From Verrucomicrobiales bacterium (GTDB lineage: Bacteria; Verrucomicrobiota; Verrucomicrobiia; Verrucomicrobiales; V1-33), in assembly GCA_031411295.1 (NCBI GenBank), contig JANOAV010000128.1, positions 1 to 24,212 on the forward strand: a stretch of DNA of 24,212 bases. Reading direction: 5' to 3'. The translations under genes were made by a program, and so were the position numbers. Under the pieces are notes generated by a model. The model was not told the DNA's origin. It was given only the letters and a program-made list of their open reading frames with translations, and did no database searches. Below are positions 17,295 through 24,212 of the stretch, in pieces (positions within the stretch are counted from its first letter, which is position 1; the number at the start of each line of letters is the position of its first letter).

Positions 17295-19602
17295 TGCGTG
17301 GCGAGAATTTTTGCAGGCGGAGGCCATGAGCCGCCAGAAGATTACCCAGCGCTAACACCGTCACGGACTGTGCCCCCGTCCCTTGCAACTCCGATACGGC
17401 AGCTACGACCTGCCACGCACTGCTCACCCCGAGGCCGGAACCCAGGTTTCGCAATGGATTGATGGTGGTTCCGCAAGCGCCTGCTAATCCCGCGAGTTCA
17501 TCAACATCAGTTCGCTGTGACCCTGTTAGGCTGGTGCAAATTAGATCGGACGAAGGCAGGTCAGCGACGACCGCTTTGACGGCATTTGGACGAGAGACAG
17601 ATCCACCGAAACCATGTCGGACGAAGGGTTCATCGAGGCAAATGTCGCCCGGCGTCGGCTGTTGGGACCGTTCCAAATAAACGGCGGCCCCACCTTCGCT
17701 GACCTTAAGTTTCGGGTCATAAAGCGCGGCGGCTTCCCCACTGAGCCAATCTTGTTCTTCCGCCGAGATTACCAGAACTCCATCCACTCTTCCTTCGCGC
17801 AGCCAATCGCAGCCCAGTTGCATGGCCGGCAGGAAATTGGCTCGATCTCCAATCAAGGTGTAGTTGATCTCCGAGCTTCCCAGCAAGGCCGCCAGATGGC
17901 TGGCGGGGGCATTGAAGACTGTTTCTGGGAAAAGGATGGGGCTGGCGGTGTGAGGATCTGCCAACACTTCGGCGTAGAACCGCCGACTGTAGTTGACGCA
18001 TCCGTTCAGAATTGAAAAGACCACCCCCAGGCGGATGTCGCCTGCCAGCACTTGAGCGCGACGAGATTCCCCCAAGGCCTCAAGTGCGGCGGCCACGGCG
18101 TAACGCGAAATAGGGCTAACCCGCCGCAGACGTGCTTCCCGCGTGAAGGGCAGGGGAGTGGTGGGCGGGGGCACGGGCACATTGTTGGTGGTGAGCGCTC
18201 CCGGAATGCGTGTGGTGGGTTGCGCGGGAATCTCCTCGGCTAACGCTAGTTCGGGAGAGGTCCAACCCGCGCCCGAGACGGCTCCGATGCCGCCGATAAT
18301 AATGGATCCGGCAGCGGGAGGACTCACCTGAGCTGCAGTAGATGCTAGCGTTCCTTTTCCCAAGACGAGGCTGGCGTTGGCTCCTCCGAAGCCGAACGAG
18401 TTCGTGAGCGCATAATTGATGGCTTGATCCCGTGGAGTTAGCACGACGTCGAATTTACAGACGGGGTCCAGTTCCCGCACGGTGGGCGTGGGCGGCAGCC
18501 AGCCTTCGCGCAGGGCCATCAGACAAATGACCGCTTCCACGCTGCCAGCGCCCCCCAACAGATGCCCGATGGCGGCCTTGGTGCTGCTGACTGCGATGTT
18601 CTGGGCTACTGCTGCGCCCGCCCAAGTAACAATCGCATTAGCTTCGGCCACGTCGTTCAAGGGGGTGCCGGTGCCGTGAGAATTAATGTAACCAATCTGG
18701 GCTGGGGAGACCCCGGCAGAGGCACAGGCTCGCGTCATGCTCGTGACTGCGGCCACGCCTTGCGGGTGCGGTTGGGTTAGGTGGTGGAGGTCCGTGGCCG
18801 CTCCGTAACCGCAGACTTCGCCCAGGATTTCTGCTCCTCTCGCCCGGGCGTGCTCGTAAGTTTCGAGGATGAAAGCCCCGGCACCTTCACCCAGAGCCAA
18901 CCCATCGCGATGCGCATCGAAGGGGCGGGGGAGGTCGGTTGACAATGCTTGCAGGCTGTCGAAGCCAGCGAATACCATTTCGCTCAGCGCATCATATCCG
19001 GCTGCCACTGCCACCTCCGCGCGTCCGTAGCGCAGTTGCTCGAAGGCATGTCCAATGCAATTGGCTCCGCTGGCACACGCATTGGAAATGATGGTGATGG
19101 GGCCATCGATCCCCACGGCCTCACTTAACAGTGTAGCTTGCGTGGGTATCTGATATTGCCGCACGCGGGTCGCTTGCCCACGATGATCGGTTGGGGTCCG
19201 CGTCGATTGTTTGAACAAGGCCTCGCCCACGGCCATGGCTCCGGCGGACGTGCCGAGGGAGATGGGCACTAGTTTGCCGGACCATTCTCCCAGTCGTAAC
19301 CCTGCGTGCGCCCAAGCCTCCAAACAGGCGTGGAGGAGTAATTCTGCGCCCCGCTCCAACCGCCGACGCGAGGCTGGCCGCAACAAATTGTCTGGCAAAG
19401 CCTTCGGCATGAGAACTTCCCCGGCACGATTCACGCGCTGCCTGCTGGCATCAAACAAGGAAACTGGACGCAAGGCGAGTCGTCCAGAGCGAAACCCAGC
19501 TGCGTTCTCCGCCCAGCCATGGCCCATGGACGTCAGAATCCCCGCTCCGGTAATCGCGACCCGGTGCTGTCCCCCCAATGTTCTAGTTTCCGCTGCTATC
19601 AT
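17287..19602 (-). CDS. Beta-ketoacyl-ACP synthase (FabF-like) fused to a C-terminal catalytically degenerate KS/chain-length-factor-like domain (771 aa)
   Basis: N-half has the Cys-His-His triad: NACASG, NSHGTGT, GHLLG, plus NSFGFGG. C-half 'RLRRVSPISRY...SPILFPETVFNAPASHLA' is KS-like but has no Cys at the equivalent site (YTLIGDRANF). Confidence 0.88.
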   Translation of the reverse strand: MIAAETRTLGGQHRVAITGAGILTSMGHGWAENAAGFRSGRLALRPVSLFDASRQRVNRAGEVLMPKALPDNLLRPASRRRLERGAELLLHACLEAWAHAGLRLGEWSGKLVPISLGTSAGAMAVGEALFKQSTRTPTDHRGQATRVRQYQIPTQATLLSEAVGIDGPITIISNACASGANCIGHAFEQLRYGRAEVAVAAGYDALSEMVFAGFDSLQALSTDLPRPFDAHRDGLALGEGAGAFILETYEHARARGAEILGEVCGYGAATDLHHLTQPHPQGVAAVTSMTRACASAGVSPAQIGYINSHGTGTPLNDVAEANAIVTWAGAAVAQNIAVSSTKAAIGHLLGGAGSVEAVICLMALREGWLPPTPTVRELDPVCKFDVVLTPRDQAINYALTNSFGFGGANASLVLGKGTLASTAAQVSPPAAGSIIIGGIGAVSGAGWTSPELALAEEIPAQPTTRIPGALTTNNVPVPPPTTPLPFTREARLRRVSPISRYAVAAALEALGESRRAQVLAGDIRLGVVFSILNGCVNYSRRFYAEVLADPHTASPILFPETVFNAPASHLAALLGSSEINYTLIGDRANFLPAMQLGCDWLREGRVDGVLVISAEEQDWLSGEAAALYDPKLKVSEGGAAVYLERSQQPTPGDICLDEPFVRHGFGGSVSRPNAVKAVVADLPSSDLICTSLTGSQRTDVDELAGLAGACGTTINPLRNLGSGLGVSSAWQVVAAVSELQGTGAQSVTVLALGNLLAAHGLRLQKFSPRIN

Positions 19603-19896
19603 GAAATTTTATTGCGCACCAAGACACACGAATCTAGTCCTCGCAAGGATGCGCTCATGGGGAAAATTTTAAGTCCTGGACGGTGCGAAGTTCCTGGCGG
19701 CAAGGTTGCATTTCAGAATGGTATTGGTGGAGATGCGCCATAGGCAAATCGAGGAGGAGACCTATGGTGAACTGGTTTCGATCTTCGCTTTCACTTTTTT
19801 CGTCTTATGCCTGGGTTTTTCAGCTTCATCTCGCCCGTCGTCACTTCCTCGTTTGTGGGGTTGTCCCTGAGTTCGATAATTGCTACGGGTAGCCGC

Positions 19897-22800
19897 ATGC
19901 GCTATTCTCTCTCTACCCTGTTTTTCCTAAGTTCCATCGGATTCTCCCTGGCTGCTGAACCCAAGCCCTTGTTCGATGGCAAGACGCTCGATGGTTGGGA
20001 AGGCTTGCCAATGCTTTGGCGGGTGGAGGACGGTTGCATCACGGGCGGATATAAGACCGAGGATGTGAAACGGAACGAGTTTCTGGCCACCAAAGCGGAA
20101 TACGGCAACTTCATCCTCAAACTGAAATTTAAACTAACTGGATTTGGTGGTTTTGTGAATAGTGGAATTCAAATCCGCTCCCAGCGGGTGCCGAACTCGG
20201 GGGAAATGGCAGGCTATCAGTGCGATCTGGGCGACCCCAGTTGGTGGGGCTGCATTTATGATGAGAGCCGGCGCAATAAGCTAATGGCCACCAGCGACAT
20301 GAAAGCCATCGAGCCCGTGCTCCGTCGCAATGACTGGAACGATTACGAAATTCGGGCCGATGGACCGCGCATTATCACCATCTTAAATGGCGTGACTTGT
20401 GTGGACTACACCGAAGCGGATCCTGACATTGTGCAGACCGGGCGCATCGGGATTCAGGTTCACGCGGGCGGGAAACCATGGATGCAGGTGAAGGACATCT
20501 CCATCACCGAACTCCCCCCCACTAAACCCCAAGGCAAGGCTGCGCCAGCCCCAGAGCCGCCCGCCGCAACGAAGCCGTCCCCTTTAACTGGAACGGAGCA
20601 GACGGCCACGTTCTCGCTGCCGCCAGGATTTACTGCGGAACTAGTAGCGGAAGAAGCCCCAGGTTACGGAAAATTTATTACCACGGCCTGGGATAGCGCA
20701 GGCCGACTCTGGACGATGACAGCCATGGAATATCCCGTCGATGCCAATGAGAATCGCAAGTCCGCCGAAGCGCTCTATGCCAGCGTGGCCAAGGACAAAG
20801 TGCTGGTCTATGATCTGGTGGAGCGTGGTGGCAAGGGCAAACCAGCCACTTATGCCAAGACGCCCCGAGTCTTTGCGGAAGGCTTAGCGATTCCCTTGGG
20901 CCTGCTGCCATACAAAGACGGCGTAATTGTGCAGCATGGCCCGCAGATTAAATTCCTCCGCGATACAGATGGCGATGGCAAAGCCGATAAAACAGAAGTC
21001 TTGCTAGAAGGCGTGGGTATTGATGACAGTCACCTCTTTCTCCACGGCTTCACGCGCGGCCCCGGTGGCTGGATTTATACGGCCCAGGGCGCGTTCAACC
21101 ATTCGCAGATCAAAGCGAAAGATGGTTCGGTTACGAAATGGGATTTCTGCAAAATGGGTCGCTTCACGCCGGATGGACAGAAATTTGAACTGGTGGCTGC
21201 GGGTTTAAATAACATTTGGGGGTTTGTGATTGACCGCCAGGGGCAACTCTTCGGCCAGGAAGCCAATGACATGGGTTTCCCGCTCACGGAAATGGAAGTG
21301 GGCGACAACTATCCCGGTATTGGTAATGAGAAACTCAAACCCTACGCACCGGTGAGACCCGCCCCCGTTAAGGATTGGCAAGTGGGGGGCACCGGTCTTA
21401 GCGGCCTCGCTTTGGCGGAAGATTTCAACGGCTGGCCAGCGCCTTATGGGCCGGGTGAGGATAACGCTAACAAGCGATTCTACCTCGCGAATCCGATCAC
21501 GAATCGCATTCAAATGACGCATGCGATTGCCGATGGCAAACATTACAAGTTCGCCAAAGTGCAGGACTTTGTGCGCTCTTCCGATCCATGGTTCCGCCCG
21601 GTGCACATTCAGTTCGGGCCGGATGGTTGTTTGTATATTGTGGATTGGTATAACAAGATTATTTCCCACAACGAAGTGCCACGCAATTTTCCTGAGCGCG
21701 ACAAAACGCGCGGTCGCATCTGGCGCATTCGCCATCAGGATCAGAGCAACGTGACGATTCCTGATCTCAGCAAGGCCACGCCTGCGGAACTCACGGCACA
21801 ACTTTCATCACCCAACAAATGGAACGCCAAAATGTCGGCTGAGTTACTCGAAGACAAAGGACTGCCGGTGCCTGCGCAGAAGCACTTCCGCTGGGAGACC
21901 AAAGACCTGCGCGCCGCCTTCCTGAAGGCGCCCGTGGCCGAGTTGCTGGCCAAAGTCCCGGCGGCAGACGGTAGTTACGATGCCGAGTTCGAGCGCTATT
22001 TGCTCCGAGCCGCGCTGGAAACGAAGTCTGAGGAAGTGGCGCGTTTCCTTGCCTCGCCTGCGGCGGAAAAGTTGCCTGCGGAAGGCCGAATCTTTGCCAG
22101 CGTGACCTTGCCGGAAGCCACGGCCGCCCTGCGTTTGGCCACCGTGCTGCCCACGTTAGGTCGGCCCATCAGGGAGGAAGAATTGCGACCGTTAATCACT
22201 CAGGCAGATGTTCCGGCGGTGGCTGCTGCTTGGGAGAAAATGATCGCGCAGCCTGCTACGTTGAATTTGCTGCTGGCCATGAAGACGAAGGTGGATGCCA
22301 GCAAACTGACGCCATTGTTGAATCGCTTAGCCCCGCAGATCATGGAGCAGGATGCCGCCTTGGCCGTCAAATTGGCCACGGCGTTTAAACTCAACGCACT
22401 GGAACCCGTGGTGGCGGCACGACTGGAAAAGGCCGCCGAAGCAGAAACGACTCCCTTGCTGCAAGCTCTGCGGGAGCTTGGATCGCAGCGCGTTGAGATC
22501 TTTGAAAAATTTGCCGCATCGGCCAATCCGACAATCCAGAGCGAGGCGTTGCGAGGCTTGGCCGTCGTTCCGCAGAAGTTGTTGGCGCTGTGGGGGAAGT
22601 TGAATGCCGCACAACGTAAAACTGCGGTGGAGGATCTCACGAGCCAGAAGGCAGGAGCGGAAGCGGTGTTGGCAGCAGTGGCTGCCAAGCAGATTCCGCA
22701 GGACGAAATTGATGGTCCGTTGGTGGAGAAGTTACAAGCCGTGTTAGGCGAGAACCATCCGCAACTGCAACAACTGCTCAGTGCCATGGGCGATCTATTC

Positions 22801-23838
22801 CGCCCGGTGTTCACATTGTCAGGCGCTGAGAAGGACGGTGGCGACACGGACATCACTCTGGACGGACCATTCACCGTGGAAACATGGATCAAGTTGGCCC
22901 CAGGAATTTCCAATGCAGACGGTATCCTTGGTGGACCGGGGAAATTCGATTTTAATTTCTACGGAGAGCAAGCCCGGCTCTGGGTGAGTGGATTGAATGA
23001 TGTCGTGGCGGCCAAGAAGAAGATCACGGCGGACATGTGGCAGCACGTGGCGATCACACGCGATGCCGAGGGAAAGTTCCGCATCTACCAAAATGGGGAA
23101 TTGGACAATGCAGACTGCAAGCCCGACCAGACCAAGTATGAGCATCTGAAGTTGGGCCAAACGACTGCCAAGGGTGGCACGCAGGGATCGATGACGGAGT
23201 TCCGCGTCTGGAACGTTTGTCGCACGCCACAAGAAATCCGCGCCAACTTCGACCGCTCGCTCGCGCTGGGCAAGGCCCCTGGCCTCGTGCAGTCGTTCAG
23301 CGGCACCAACTGGCCGAAGCCAATCGGCAAAGCGCGCGTTGCTAAAACCACGGATTTCCCCACGCTGATGACGCCAGAACAAGCCCAAGCTATGGACGCA
23401 AAGTTCGCTAAATTTACCGCATTAGGTCAAGCCAAAGGCGACGCCACCAAAGGTAAACTCATGGCCGCCGTCTGTATGGGTTGCCACCAGATCAACGGTC
23501 AGGGAGGCCAGATCGGGCCGAACCTCAGCGGCATCGGAGCTATGGGTCTGGATGCTATTTTGCGAAATATCCTCACCCCGAACGCAGCCATGGAGGCCGG
23601 TTACCGCGTCTATCAAGTGGTGCTCAATGACGGTTCGGTCAAAGAAGGATTCCTCGCCCAACAAGAAGACCAAGCGATCATCCTCCGCGCCCCCGGAGCG
23701 GAGGATCAACGCATCGCCAAATCCACTATCCGCAAAGCCCAATACCTGAAACGCAGCCTGATGCCCGAAGGCCTCATCGACGCCTTCCCACCGGAAATGG
23801 TAACGGATCTGCTGACGTATTTGCAGAGCGTTAAGTAA
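19897..23838 (+). CDS. PVC-type heme-binding CxxCH protein: DUF1080 domain + dehydrogenase-like beta-propeller + helical repeats + LamG-like domain + cytochrome c (1313 aa)
   Basis: ATG at 19897 gives a signal peptide. DUF1080 motifs LFDGKTLDGW, NSGIQIRS, GYQCD, DWNDYEI, GRIGIQVH; propeller 'LPPGFTAELVA', DTDGDGKAD, FRPV...GPDGCLYIVDWY; LamG 'FTVETWIK...WQHVAITRD...IYQNG'; CMGCH (23473-23487), IGPNLS, SLMPEGL. Confidence 0.9.
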   Translation: MRYSLSTLFFLSSIGFSLAAEPKPLFDGKTLDGWEGLPMLWRVEDGCITGGYKTEDVKRNEFLATKAEYGNFILKLKFKLTGFGGFVNSGIQIRSQRVPNSGEMAGYQCDLGDPSWWGCIYDESRRNKLMATSDMKAIEPVLRRNDWNDYEIRADGPRIITILNGVTCVDYTEADPDIVQTGRIGIQVHAGGKPWMQVKDISITELPPTKPQGKAAPAPEPPAATKPSPLTGTEQTATFSLPPGFTAELVAEEAPGYGKFITTAWDSAGRLWTMTAMEYPVDANENRKSAEALYASVAKDKVLVYDLVERGGKGKPATYAKTPRVFAEGLAIPLGLLPYKDGVIVQHGPQIKFLRDTDGDGKADKTEVLLEGVGIDDSHLFLHGFTRGPGGWIYTAQGAFNHSQIKAKDGSVTKWDFCKMGRFTPDGQKFELVAAGLNNIWGFVIDRQGQLFGQEANDMGFPLTEMEVGDNYPGIGNEKLKPYAPVRPAPVKDWQVGGTGLSGLALAEDFNGWPAPYGPGEDNANKRFYLANPITNRIQMTHAIADGKHYKFAKVQDFVRSSDPWFRPVHIQFGPDGCLYIVDWYNKIISHNEVPRNFPERDKTRGRIWRIRHQDQSNVTIPDLSKATPAELTAQLSSPNKWNAKMSAELLEDKGLPVPAQKHFRWETKDLRAAFLKAPVAELLAKVPAADGSYDAEFERYLLRAALETKSEEVARFLASPAAEKLPAEGRIFASVTLPEATAALRLATVLPTLGRPIREEELRPLITQADVPAVAAAWEKMIAQPATLNLLLAMKTKVDASKLTPLLNRLAPQIMEQDAALAVKLATAFKLNALEPVVAARLEKAAEAETTPLLQALRELGSQRVEIFEKFAASANPTIQSEALRGLAVVPQKLLALWGKLNAAQRKTAVEDLTSQKAGAEAVLAAVAAKQIPQDEIDGPLVEKLQAVLGENHPQLQQLLSAMGDLFRPVFTLSGAEKDGGDTDITLDGPFTVETWIKLAPGISNADGILGGPGKFDFNFYGEQARLWVSGLNDVVAAKKKITADMWQHVAITRDAEGKFRIYQNGELDNADCKPDQTKYEHLKLGQTTAKGGTQGSMTEFRVWNVCRTPQEIRANFDRSLALGKAPGLVQSFSGTNWPKPIGKARVAKTTDFPTLMTPEQAQAMDAKFAKFTALGQAKGDATKGKLMAAVCMGCHQINGQGGQIGPNLSGIGAMGLDAILRNILTPNAAMEAGYRVYQVVLNDGSVKEGFLAQQEDQAIILRAPGAEDQRIAKSTIRKAQYLKRSLMPEGLIDAFPPEMVTDLLTYLQSVK

Positions 23839-23854
23839 GAAGTCCGGAAGCAAG

Positions 23855-23879
23855 GTGGTCCGCACAGTCCTCTGTGCGG
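23855..23879 (+). repeat. Single REP-like hairpin with 5' GTGG tetranucleotide
   Basis: GTGG-T-CCGCACAG-TCCT-CTGTGCGG: perfect 8-bp stem, 4-nt loop, 17 nt after the stop codon, no poly-U tail. Confidence 0.55.
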
Positions 23880-23979
23880 CAGCGCCAAGCCTGCTTCTTG
23901 GGTGTTGGAGATCCGACTTCTTCAGCGCCTACCTACCCTGCTTATTCCAAGTTGCGTTCAAGAGGAGGTCTTATCGGAA

Positions 23980-24210
23980 TCAAGCCGGAGGCTTGACAGA
24001 AATTAGCCGTGGTTGAGCGATAGCGATACCCCCGGTTAGAGGCCCATAAGAATCGCATCCCGGCAGGGATGCTAGATCAGCAATATGAGAAGAAATGGCT
24101 TGGCACGATCCGATTCTGGCATCCCTGCTGGGATGCGGCCACCTCGTCGGGATACCGGGGGTATCGCTATCGCTCAACCCCCGGCTAATTTCTGAGATCC
24201 CTCCGGGATC
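23980..24210. repeat. REPIN/MITE-like long nested inverted repeat
   Basis: Outer arms 23997-24036 and 24154-24194 (40/41 nt, one mismatch plus one indel); inner arms 24054-24076 and 24115-24137 (23 nt, two differences); terminal mini-hairpins TCAAGCC-GGA-GGCTTGA (23980-23996) and GATCCC-TCC-GGGATC (24196-24210). Confidence 0.9.
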
Positions 24211-24212
24211 AC

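Noticed and set aside
23860..23879. Rho-independent terminator after the heme protein gene
   Set aside because: The hairpin lacks a following U-tract, so it was kept as a REP-like hairpin instead.
23980..24177. 65-aa minus-strand ORF
   Set aside because: It lies entirely within the palindromic repeat element and is probably spurious.

Overview
Bacterial, gene-dense, GC-rich DNA. The gene families (PVC-type heme-binding protein, passenger-repeat surface protein, S/D-x-[DN]-L-x-x-W...F-[YF]-R C-termini) point to Verrucomicrobia or another PVC lineage (inference). In order: 5' end of an IS630-like transposase running off the left edge; TorF-like outer-membrane barrel; fabD; a 1449-aa three-module beta-helix surface protein converging on a secreted GYAYAANxGWI-repeat protein; an accessory patch (orphan secreted protein, GNAT, and a GxxExxY PD-(D/E)XK nuclease flanked by ACCACAGAG-type repeats); topB; a modABC-like operon with a double-domain binding protein; a pseudogene fragment of an AEP-primase/helicase; an orphan LytTR regulator; a ketosynthase fused to a chain-length-factor-like domain; a 1313-aa DUF1080/propeller/LamG/cytochrome c protein; and two REP/REPIN-like hairpin elements at the right edge. 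The best candidate for an undescribed system is the GxxExxY nuclease with its hairpin repeats (9437-10155). Family assignments come from motif recognition by eye; no searches were run.
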